DNA from: Squalus acanthias
Taxonomy: Eukaryota
DNA length: 64,000 bases
Assembly (NCBI GenBank): GCA_030390025.1
Contig: CM059431.1
Location: 155,932,001 to 155,996,000 of the forward strand
Reading direction: 5' to 3'
Part shown: one piece after another, positions 36,825-49,700 of the stretch
Position numbering within the stretch: the first letter of the stretch is position 1
Layout of the letters: each line of letters begins with the position of its first letter
Made by a program: the position numbers and the translations under genes
The notes under the pieces: generated by a model
What the model was told of the DNA's origin: nothing
What the model saw: the letters and a program-made list of their open reading frames with translations, nothing else
The model's database searches: none

Positions 36825-39800
36825 GTACCTTGGACTACACAGTGTGTCAGTGTACCCTGGACAACACAGAGTGTCAAAGTACCCTGGACTACACAGAGTG
36901 TCAGAGTATCGTGGGCAACACAGAGTGACAGAGCACCCTGGACTACACAGAGTTTCAGAGGAACTTGGACAACACGGAGTGTCAGAGTACCGTGTACTAC
37001 ACAGCGTGTCAGAGTGCCTTGTACTACACAGAGTGTCAGAGTACCGTGGACTAAACAGAGTGTCAGAGTACATGGACTACACAGCGTGTCAGAGTACCCT
37101 GGGCTACACAGAGTGTCAGAGTAGCTTGGACTACTCAGAGTGTCAGAGTACCCTGGACTACACAGAGTGTCAGAGTACCCTTTGCTACACAGAGTGTCAG
37201 AGAACCGTAGACTACACAGAGTGTTAGCGTACCATGGTCTACACAGAGTGACAGGGTACACTGGGCAGCACAGGTTGTAAGTGTACACAGTACTTCACAA
37301 ACTGTCAGAGTATCCTGGACTACAAAGTGTGTCAGAGTACCTTGGATTACACAGACAGTCAGAGTACCCTGGTCTACAAAGAGTGTCAGAGTACCCTGGA
37401 CTACACAGAGAGTCAGAGTACCTTGGAATACACAGAGTGTCAGAGTACCCTGGACTACACACAGTGTCAGAGAACCGTGGGCTACACAGAGTGAGAGAGT
37501 ACACTGAGCTACACAGAGTTTCAGATTACACTGGACTACACAGAGTGTCGTAGTACCCTGGGCTACAAAGAATCTCAGAGTACCGTGGACTATACAGAGT
37601 TTTAGAATACCCTGGTCTACACAGAGTGCCAGAGTACCTTGGACTACACACAGTGTCAGAATACCGTGGACTACACAGAGTGTCAGCGTACACTGGACTA
37701 CACAAAGTGTCACAGTGCCCTGGGCTACACAGAGTGTCAGAGTGCCTTGTACGACACAGAGTGTCAGAGTACCGTGGACTAAACAGAGTGTCAGAGTACA
37801 CTGGACTACACAGCGTGTCAGAGTACCCTGGGCTACACAGAGTGTCAGAGTAGCTTGGACTACTCAGAGTGTCAGAGTACCCTGGGCTACACAGAGTGTC
37901 AGAGGACCCTGGGCTACACAGAGAGTCAGAGAACCGTAGACTACACAGAGTGTCAGAGTAACCTGGTCTACACAGAGTGACAGTGTACACTGGGCTACAC
38001 AGATTGTAAATGTACACTGGACTACACAGACTGTCAGAGTACCGAGGACTCCAAAGTGTGTCAGAGTACCCTGGATTACACAGACAGTCAGAGTACCCTG
38101 GTCTACAAAGAGTGTCAGAGAACCTTGGACTACTCAGAGTGTCAGTGTACCCTGGACTATACAGTGTGTCAGAGTACCCTGGACTACACAGTGTGTCAGA
38201 GTACCCTGGACTACACAGAGTGTCAGAGAACCCTGGACTGCTCACAGTGTCAGTGTACCTTGGGCTAATCAGAGTCTCAGAGCACCGTGGACTAAACAGA
38301 GTGTTAGAGTACCCTGGTCTACACAGAGTGTCAGTGTACCGTGAACTACAGAGAGTGTCAGAGTACCGTGGACTAAACAGAGTGTCAGAGTACCCTGGAC
38401 TACACAGAGTGTCAGAGTACCGTGGACTAAACAGAGTGTCAGAGTACCCTGTACTACACAGACTGTCTGAGTACCCTGGACTACACAGAGTGTCAGAGTA
38501 CCCTGGACTACACAGAGTGTCAGAGTAACGTGGGCTAAACAGAGTGTCAGAGTACCCTGGACTACACAGTTTGTCAGAGAACCGTGGGCTACACAGTGTT
38601 TCAGAATACATTGGACTACACAGAGTGTCAGAGTACCCTGGACTACACAGAGTGTCAGAGTAACGTGGGCTAAACAGAGTGTCAGAGTACCTTGGACTGC
38701 ACAGAGTGTCAGAGTACCGTGGATTACACAGAGTGTCAGAGAACCTTGGACTACACAGAGTGTCAGAGTACCGTGTGCTTCACAGAGTGACAGAGTACAC
38801 TGTGCATCACAGAGTGTCAGAGTACCCTGGAATACACAGAGTGTCAGAGTACAGTGGACTAAACAGAGTGTCAGAGTACCCTGGACTGCACAGAGTGTCA
38901 GAGTACAGTGGACTAAACAGAGTGTCAGAGTACCGTGGGCTACACAGAGTGTCAGAGTGCCTTGTACTACACAGAGTGTCAGCGTACCGTGGACTAAACA
39001 GAGCGTCAGAGTACACTGGACTACACAGCGTGTCAGAGTACACTGGGCTACACAGAGTGTGAGAGTAGCTTGGACTACTCAGAGTTTCAGAGTACCCTGG
39101 ACTACACAGAGTGTCAGAGTACCCTTTGCTACACAGAGTGTCAGAGAACTGTAGACTACACAGAGTGTTAGCGTACCCTGGTCTACACAGAGTGACAGGG
39201 TACACTGGGCTGCACAGGTTGTAAGTGTACACTGGACTTTACAAACTGTCACAGTACCCTGGACTACAAAGTGTGTCAGAGTACCTTGGATTACACAGAC
39301 AGTCAGAGTGCCCTGGTCTACAAAGAGTGTCAGAGTACCTTGGACTAAACAGAGTGTAAGTGTACCCTGGACTACACAGTGTGTCTGAGTACCCTGGACT
39401 ACACAGAGTGTCAGAGTACCTTGGATTACACAGACAGTCAGAGTGCCCTGGTCTACAAAGAGTGTCAGAGTACCTTGGACTAAACAGAGTGTAAGTGTAC
39501 CCTGGACTACACAGTGTGTCTGAGTACCCTGGACTACACAGTGTGTCAGAGTACCCTGGACTACACAGAGTGTCAGAGAACCCTGTCTACACACAGTGTC
39601 AGAGTACCTTGGGCTAATCAGAGTCTCAGAGCACCGTGGACTACACAGAGTGTTAGAGTACCCTGGTCTACACAGAGTGTCAGAGTACTTTGGACTACAC
39701 AGTTTGGCAGAAAACCGTGGGCTACACCTTGTTTCAGAATACATTGGACTACACAGAGTGTCAGAGTACCCTGGACTACACAGAGTGTCAGAGTACCCTG

Positions 39801-40336
39801 TACTACACAAAGTGTCAGAGTACCCTGGACTACACAGAGTGTCAGAGTACCTTGGACTGCACGGAGTGTCAGAGTACCGTGTACTACACAGAGTGTCAGA
39901 GTACCCTGGATAACATAGAGTTTCAGAGTACCCTGGACTACACAGAGTTTTAGAGTACATTGGACTACACAGAGTGTCAGAGTACCGTGGGCTTCATTAG
40001 AGTGACAGAGTACAGTGGGCATCACAGAGTGTCAGAGTACCCTGGACTACAGAGAGTGTCAGAGTACCGTGGACTAAACAGAGTGTCAGAGTACCCTGGA
40101 CTACACAGAGTGTCAGAGTTCCATGGACGAAACAGAGTGTCAGAGTGCCGTGGACGAAAATGAGTGTCAGAGTACCCTGGACTACAAAGAGTGTCAGAGT
40201 ACCGTGGACTACACAGAGTGTAGGAGTACCTTGGACTCATCAGAGTGTCACAGTACCTTGGACTACACAGATTGTCATTGTACCCTGGACTACACAGACA
40301 GTCAGAGTACCCTGTTCTAAACAGAGCGTCAGAGTG

Positions 40337-40760
40337 CATAGAAACATAGAATCTAGGAGCAGGAGTAGGCCATTCGGCCCGTCGAGCCTGCTCCAACATT
40401 CAATACGATCATGGCTGCTCATCCAAGTCCAGTACACTGTCCCTGCTTTAATCCCCACGGTACACATAACCCACCCTACCCCCGTAACCCCACGTATTTA
40501 ATTCCCGCTAACATATCCCATCCTATCCCCATAACCCCACATATTTATCCCCCCCCTAACATTGAGGGACAATTTATCATAGCCAAATCAACCTAACCCG
40601 CACATGTTGGGCTGTGCGAGGAAACCGGAGCACCCGGAGAAAACCCACGCAGACACGGGGAGAATGTGCAAACTCCACACAGACAGTCACCTGAGGTCAG
40701 ATTCGAACGCGGGTCCCTGGCGCTGTGAGGCACCAGTGCTAACCAATATGCCACCGTGTT
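40337..40760 (-). mobile_element. V-SINE (HE1-like), copy 3
   Basis: Nearly identical to copy 2, including the internal duplication. Confidence 0.9.
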
Positions 40761-43700
40761 GTACCTTGGACTACACAGTGTGTAAGTGTACCCTGGACAA
40801 CACAGAGTGTCAGAGTACCCTGGACTACATAGAGTGTCAGAGTACCCTGGATTATCAGAGTGTCAGAGTAACCTGGACTACACAGAGTGTCAGAGTACCT
40901 GGACTACACAGAGTGTCAGAGTATCGTGGGCAACACAGAGTGACAGAGCACCCTGGACTACACAGAGTTTCAGAGGAACTTGGACAACACGGAGTGTCAG
41001 AGTACCGTGTACTACACAGAGTGTCAGAGTGCCTTGTACTACACAGAGTGTCAGAGTACCGTGGACTAAACAGAGTGTCAGAGTACACTGGACTACACAG
41101 CGTGTCAGAGTACCCTGGGCTAATCAGAGTCTCAGAGCACCGTGGACTAAACAGAGTGTTAGAGTACACTGGTCTACACAGAGTGTCAGTGTACCGTGGA
41201 CTAAACAGAGTGTCAGAGTACACTGGACTACACAGCGTGTCAGAGTACCCTGGGCTACACAGAGTGTCAGAGTAGCTTGGACTACTCAGAGTGTCAGAGT
41301 TCCCTGGACTACACAGAGTGTCAGAGTACCCTTTGCTACACAGAGTGTCAGAGAACCGTAGAATACACAGAGTGTTAGCGTACCCTGGTCTACACAGAGT
41401 GACAGGGTACACTGGGCAGCACAGGTTGTAAGTGTACACTGTACTTCACAAACTGTCAGAGTATCCTGGACTACAAAGTGTGTCAGAGTACCTTGGATTA
41501 CACAGACAGTCAGAGTACCCTGGTCTACAAAGAGTGTCAGAGTACACTGGACTACACAAAGAGTCAGAGTACCTTGGAATACACAGAGTGTCAGAGTTCC
41601 CTGGACTACACAGAGTGTCAGAGAACCGTGGGCTACACAGAGTGACAGAGTACACTGAGCTACACAGAGTTTCAGATTACACTGGACTACACAGAGTGTT
41701 GTAGTACCCTGGGCTACAAAGAATCTCAGAGTACCGTGGACTATACAGAGTTTTAGAATACCCTGGTCTACACAGAGTGCCAGAGTACCTTGGACTACAC
41801 AGAGTGTCAGAGTACCGTTGACTACACAGAGTGTCAGAGTACACTGGACTACACAAAGTGTCACAGTGCCCTGGGCTACACAGAGTGTCAGAGTGCCTTG
41901 TACGACACAGAGTGTCAGAGTACCGTGGACTAAACAGAGTGTCAGAGTACACTGGACTACACAGCGTGTCAGAGTACCCTGGGCTACACAGAGTGTCAGA
42001 GTAGCTTGGACTACTCAGAGTGTCAGAGTACCCTGGGCAACACAGAGTGTCAGAGGACCCTGGGCTACACAGAGAGTCAGAGAACCGTAGACTACACAGA
42101 GTGTCAGAGTACCCTGGTCTACAAAGAGTGACAGTGTACACTGGGCTACACAGATTGTAAGTGTACACTGGACTACACAGACTGTCAGAGTACCGAGGAC
42201 TGCAAAGTCTGTCAGAGTACCCTGGATTACACAGACAGTCAGAGTACCCTGGTCTACAAAGAGTGTCAGAGAACCTTGGACTACTCAGAGTGTCAGTGTA
42301 CCCTGGACTATACAGTGTGTCAGAGTACCCTGGACTACACAGTGTGTCAGAGTACCCTGGACTACACAGAGTGTCAGAGAACCCTGGACTACTCACAGTG
42401 TCAGAGTACCTTGGGCTAATCAGAGTCTCAGAGCACCGTGGACTAAACAGAGTGTTAGAGTACCCTGGTCTACACAGAGTGTCAGAGTACCTGGACTACA
42501 CAGAGTGTCAGAGTATCGTGGGCAACACAGAGTGACAGAGCACCCTGGACTACACAGAGTTTCAGAGGAACTTGGACAACACGGAGTGTCAGAGTACCGT
42601 GTACTACACAGAGTGTCAGAGTGCCTTGTACTACACAGAGTGTCAGAGTACCGTGGACTAAACAGAGGGTCAGAGTACACTGGACTACACAGCGTGTCAG
42701 AGTACCCTGGGCTAATCAGAGTCTCAGAGCACCGTGGACTAAACAGAGTGTTAGAGTACACTGGTCTACACAGAGTGTCAGTGTACCGTGAACTAAACAG
42801 AGTGTCAGAGTACCGTGGACTAAACAGAGTGTCAGAGTACACTGGACTACACAGCGTGTCAGAGTACCCTGGGCTACACAGAGTGTCAGAGTAGCTTGGA
42901 CTACTCAGAGTGTCAGAGTTCCCTGGACTACACAGAGTGTCAGAGTACCCTTTGCTACACAGAGTGTCAGAGAACCGTAGAATACACAGAGTGTTAGCGT
43001 ACCCTGGTCTACACAGAGTGACAGGGTACACTGGGCAGCACAGGTTGTAAGTGTACACTGTACTTCACAAACTGTCAGAGTATCCTGGACTACAAAGTGT
43101 GTCAGAGTACCTTGGATTACACAGACAGTCAGAGTACCCTGGTCTACAAAGAGTGTCAGAGTACCCTGGACTACACAGAGAGTCAGAGTACCTTGGAATA
43201 CACAGAGTGTCAGAGTTCCCTGGACTACACAGAGTGTCAGAGAACCGTGGGCTACACAGAGTGACAGAGTACACTGAGCTACACAGAGTTTCAGATTACA
43301 CTGGACTACACAGAGTGTTGTAGTACCCTGGGCTACAAAGAATCTCAGAGTACCGTGGACTATACAGAGTTTTAGAATACCCTGGTCTACACAGAGTGCC
43401 AGAGTACCTTGGACTAAACAGAGTGTCAGAGTACCGTTGACTACACAGAGTGTCAAAGTACACTGGACTACACAAAGTGTCACAGTGCCCTGGGCTACAC
43501 AGAGTGTCAGAGTGCCTTGTACGACACAGAGTGTCAGAGTACCGAGGACTAAACAGAGTGTCAGAGTACACTGGACTACACAGCGTGTCAGAGTACCCTG
43601 GGCTACACAGAGTGTCAGAGTAGCTTGGACTACTCAGAGTGTCAGAGTACCCTGGGCAACACAGAGTGTCAGAGGACCCTGGGCTACACAGAGAGTCAGA

Positions 43701-46700
43701 GAACCGTAGACTACACAGAGTGTCAGAGTACCCTGGTCTACACAGAGTGACAGTGTACACTGGGCTACACAGATTGTAAGTGTACACTGGACTACACAGA
43801 CTGTCAGAGTACCGAGGACTACAAAGTGTGTCAGAGTACCCTGGATTACACAGACAGTCAGAGTACCCTGGTCTACAAAGAGTGTCAGAGAACCTTGGAC
43901 TACTCAGAGTGTCAGTGTACCCTGGACTATACATTGTGTCAGAGTACCCTGGACTACACAGTGTGTCAGAGTACCCTGGACTACACAGAGTGTCAGAGAA
44001 CCCTGGACTACTCACAGTGTCAGAGTACCTTGGGCTAATCAGAGTCTCAGAGCACCGTGGACTAAACAGAGTGTTAGAGTACCCTGGTCTACACAGAGTG
44101 TCAGTGTACCGTGGACTACACAGAGTGTCAGAGTACCGTGGACTAAACAGAGTGTCAGAGTACCCTGGAAACACAGAGTGTCAGAGTATCCTGGACTACA
44201 CAGAGTGTCAGAGTACCGTGGACTAAACAGAGTGTCAAAGTACCCTGGACTACACAGAGTGTCAGAGTAACGTGGGCTAAACAGAGTGTCAGAGTACCCT
44301 GGACTACACAGTTTGTCAGAGAACCGTGGGCTACACAGTGTTTCAGAATACATTGGACTACACAGAGTGTCAGAGTGCCTTGTACTAAACAGAGTGTCAG
44401 AGTACCGTGGACTAAACAGAGTGTCAGAGTACACTGGACTACACAGCGTGTCAGAGTACCCTGGGCTACACAGAGTGTCAGAGTACCTTGGGCTAATCAG
44501 AGTCTCAGAGCACCCTGGACTAAACAGAGTGTTAGAGTACCCTGGTCTACACAGAGTGTCAGAGAACTGTAGACTACACAGAGTGTTAGCGTACCCTGAT
44601 CTACACAGAGTGACAGGGTACACTGGGCTGCACAGGTTGTAAGTTTACACTGGACTTCACAAACTGTCACAGTACCCTGGACTACAAAGTGTGTCAGAGT
44701 ACCTTGGATTACACAGACAGTCAGAGTACCCTGGTCTACAAAGAGTGTCAGAGTACCTTGGACTACACAGAGTGTCTGAGTACCCTGGACTAAACAGTGT
44801 GTCAGAGTACCCTGGACTACACAGAGTGTCAGAGAACCCTGTCTACACACAGTGTCAGAGTACCTTGGGCTAATCAGAGTCTCAGAGCACCGTGGACTAC
44901 ACAGAGTGTTAGAGTACCCTGGTATACAAAGAGTGTCAGAGTACTTTGGACTACACTGAATGTCAGAGTACCGTGGACTACACAGAGTGTCAGCGTACCG
45001 TGGACTACACAGAGTGTCAGAGTACCCTGGACTGCAGAGAGTGTCAGAGTACCCTGGACTACACAGATAGTCAGAGTACCGTGGACTCAACAGAGTGTCA
45101 GAATACCGTGGGCTACACAAAGTGTCAGAGTAACGTGGGCTAAACAGAGTGTCAGAGTACCCTGGACTACACAGTTTGTCAGAGAACCGTGGGCTACACA
45201 GAGTTTCAGAATACATTGGACTACACAGAGTGTCAGAGTACCCTGGACTACACAGAGTGTCAGAGTACCCTGTACTACAGAAAGTGTCAGAGTACCCTAG
45301 ACTACACAGAGTGTAAGAGTAACCTGGACTACACAGAGTGTCAGAGTACCGTGGACTACACAGAGTTTCAGAGTACCTTGGACTACACAGAGTGTCAGAG
45401 TCCCGTGGGCTTCATTAGAGTGACAGAGTACACTGGGCATCACAGAGTGTCAGAGTACCCTGGACTACACAGAGTGTCAGAGTACCGTGAACTAAACAGA
45501 CTGTCAGAGTACCCTGGACTACACAGAGTGTCAGAGTACCGTGGGCTACACAGAGTGACAGAGTACCTTGGACTACACAGAGTGTCAGAGTTCCGTGGAC
45601 GAAACAGAGTGTCAGAGTGCCGTGGACGAAAAAGAGTGTCAGAGTTCCTTGGACGACACAGAGTGTCAGAGTACCGTGGACTAAACAGAGTGTCAGAGTA
45701 CCCTGGACTACAAAGTGTGTCAGAGTACCGTGCGCTACACAGAGTGACAGAGTACCTTGGACTACACAGAGTGTCAGAGTTCCGTGGACGAAACAGAGTG
45801 TCAGAGTGCCGTGGACGAAAAAGAGTGTCAGAGTTCCTTGGACGACACAGAGTGTCAGAGTACCGTGGACTAAACAGAGTGTCAGAGTACCCTGGACTAC
45901 AAAGAGTGTCAGAGTACCCTGGACTACACAGAGTGTCAGAGTACCTTGGGCTACACAGAGTGTCAGAGTAACGTGTGCTAAACAGAGTGTCAGATTATCC
46001 TGGACTACACAGTTTGTCAGAGAACCGTGGGCTACACAGAGTGTCAGAGTACCTTGGACTACACAGAGTATCAGAGTACCGTGGCCTTCACAGAGTGACA
46101 GAGTACACTGGGCTACACAGAGTGTCAGAGTACCCTGGACAACACAGAGTGTCAGAGTACCGTGGACTAAACAGAGTTTCAGAATACATTGGAATACACA
46201 GAGTGTAAGAGTACCCTGGGCTACACAGACTGTCAGAGTGCCTTGGACTGCACAGAGTGTCAGTGTACCCTGGACTACACAGAGTGTCAGGGTACCGTGA
46301 GCTACACAAAGTGTCAGAGTAACGTGGGCTAAACAGAGTGTCAGAGTACCCTGGACTACACAGTTTGTCAGAGAACCGTGGGCTACACAGAGTGTCAGAA
46401 TACATTGGACTACAGAGAGTGTCAGAGTACCCTGGACTACACAGAGTGTCAGAGTACCCTGTACTACACAAAGTGTCAGAGTACCCTGGACTACAGAGAG
46501 TGTCAGAGTACCTTGGACTGCACAGAGTTTCAGAGTACCGTGTACTACACAGAGTGTCAGAGTACCCTGGACTACACAGAGTTTCAGAGTACCCTGGACT
46601 ACACAGAGTGTCAGAGTAACATGGACTACACAGAGTGTCAGAGTGACGTGGACTACACAGAGTGTCAGAGTACCCTGGACTATACAGAGTCTCAAAGTAC

Positions 46701-49700
46701 CGTGGGCTACACAGAGTGTCAGAGTACCTTGGACTACACAGAGTGTCAGAGTACCTTGGACTACACAGAGTGTCAGAGTAACGTGGGCTACACAGAGTGT
46801 CAGAGTACCCTGGGCTACACAGATTGTCAGAGTGCCTTGGACAAAACAGAGTGTCAGAGTACCCTGAACTACAAGGAGTGTCAGAGTACCTTGGACTACA
46901 CAGAGTGTCAGAGTAACGTGGGCTACACAGAGTGACAGAGTACACTGGGCTACCCAGAGTGACAGAGTACCCTGGACTACACAGAGTGTCAGAGTACCGT
47001 GGACTAAACAGAGTGTCAGAGTACACTGAACTACACAGAGTGTCAGAGTACACTGGACTACACTGAGTGTCAGAGTACCCTGGACTACACTTAGTGACAG
47101 TGTACCCTGGACTACACAGAGTGTCAGAGAACCCTGGACTACACAGAGTGTCAGAGTGCCTTGGACTACACAGAGTGTCAGAGTACCCTGGACTACACAG
47201 AGTGTCAGAGTACCCTGGACTACACAGAGTGTCAGAGTACCGTGGACTAAACAGAGTGTCAGAGTACGCAGGACTACACAGAGTGTCAGAGAACCCTGGA
47301 ATGCACAGAGTGTCAGAGTACACTGGACTACACAGAGTGTCAGAGTACCGTGGGCTATATAGAGTGTTAGAGTATCCTGGACTACACAAATTGTCAGAGA
47401 ACCGTGAGTTACACAGAATGTCAGAGTACATTGGACTGCACAGAGTGTCAGAGTACCCTGGACTACACAGAGTGTCAGACTGTCTTGGACTACATGAATG
47501 TCAGAGTACCGTGGGCTGCACAGAGTGTCAGAGTAACCTGGACTACACAGAGTGTCAGAGTACCGTGAACTAAACAGACTGTCAGAGTACCCTGGACTAC
47601 AGAGAGTGTCAGAGTACCGTGAACTAAACAGACTGTCAGAGTACCCTGGACTACACAGAGTGTCAGAGTACCGTGGGCTACACAGAGTGACAGAGTACCT
47701 TGGACTGCACAGAGTGTCAGAGTTCCGTGGACGAAACAGAGTGTCAGAGTGCCGTGGACGAAAAAGAGTGTCAGAGTTCCTTGGACGACACAGAGTGTCA
47801 GAGTACCGTGGACTAAACAGAGTGTCAGAGTACCCTGGACTACAAAGAGTGTCAGAGTACCCTGGACTACACAGAGTGTCAGAGTACCTTGGGCTACACA
47901 GAGTGTCAGAGTAACGTTTGCTAAACAGAGTGTCAGATTATCCTGGACTACACAGTTTGTCAGAGAACCGTGGGCTACACAGAGTGTCAGAGTACCTTGG
48001 ACTACACAGAGTATCAGAGTACCGTGGCCTTCACAGAGTGACAGAGTACACTGGGCTACACAGAGTGTCAGAGTACCCTGGACAACACAGAGTGTCAGAG
48101 TACCGTGGACTAAACAGAGTTTCAGAATACATTGGAATACACAGAGTGTAAGAGTACCCTGGACTACACAGAGTGTCAGAGTACCGTGGACTACACAGAG
48201 TGTCAGAGTACCTTGGACTACACAGAGTATCAGAGTACCGTGGGCTTCACAGAGTGACAGAGTACACTGGGCTACACAGAGTGTCAGATTACCTTGGACT
48301 ACACAGAGTGTCAGAGTACCGTGGACTAAACAGAGTGTCAGAGTACCCTGGATTACACAGAGAGTCAGAGTACCCTGGAATACACAGAGTGTCAGAGTAC
48401 CCTGGACTACACAGAGTGTCAGAGAACCGTGGGCTTCACAGAGTGACAGAGTACACTGAGCTACACAGAGTGTCAGATTACACTGGACTACACAGAGTGT
48501 CATAGTACCCTGGGCTACAAAGAAGCTCAGAGTACCGTGGACTATACAGAGTGTTAGAATACCCTGGACTACACAGAGTGTCAGAGTGCCTTGTACGACA
48601 CAGAGTGTCAGAGTACCGTGGACCAATCAGAGTGTCAGAGTACACTGGACTACACAGCGTGTCAAAGTACCCTGGGCTACACAGAGTGTCAGAGCAGCTT
48701 GGACTACTCAGAGTGTCAGAGTACCCTGGACTACACAGAGTACCAGAGGACCCTGGGCTATACAGAGAGTCAGAGTACCTTGGACTACACAGAATGTCAG
48801 AGAACCCTGGACTACACACAGTGTCAGAGTACCATGGGTTAATCAGAATCTCAGAGCACCGTGGACTTAACAGAATGTTAGAGTACCCTGGTCTACACAG
48901 AGTGTCAGAGTACCTTGGACTACACAGAGTGTCAGAGTCCCGTGTGCTACACAGAGTGACAGAGTACCCTGGACTACACGAAGTGTCAGAGTTCATTGGA
49001 CTACACAAAGTGTCAGAGTACCCTGGGCTACACAGACTGTCAGAGTGCCTTGGACTGCACAGAGTGTCAGAGTACCCTGGACTAAACAGAGTGTCAGAGT
49101 ACCGTGGGCTACACGAAGTGTCAGAGTAACGTGGGCTAAACAGAGTGTCAGAGTACCCTGGACTACACAGTTTGTCAGAGAACCGTGGGCTACACAGAGT
49201 GTCAGAATACATTGGACTACACAGAGTGTCAGAGTACCCTGGAATACAGAGAGTGTCAGAGTACCCTGTACTACACAAAGTGTCAGAGTACCCTGGACTA
49301 CAGAGAGTGTCAGAGTACCTTGGACTGCACAGAGTTTCAGAGTACCGTGTACTACACAGAGTGTCAGAGTACCCTGGACTACACAGAGTTTCAGAGTACC
49401 CTGGACTACACAGAGTGTCAGAGTAACATGGATTACACAGAGTGTCAGAGTACCGTGGACTACACAGAGTGTCAGAGTACCTTGGACTACACAGAGTGTC
49501 AGAGTACCCTGGACTACAAAGAGTGTCAGAGTACCGTGGACTAAACAGAGTGACAGAGTACCCTGGACTACACAGAGTGTCAGAGTACCGTGGGCTACAC
49601 AGAGTGACAGAGTACCTTGGACTACACAGAGTGTCAGAGTGCCGTGGACGAAACAGAGTGTCAGAGTGCTGTGGACGAAAAAGAGTGTCAGAGTTCCTTG

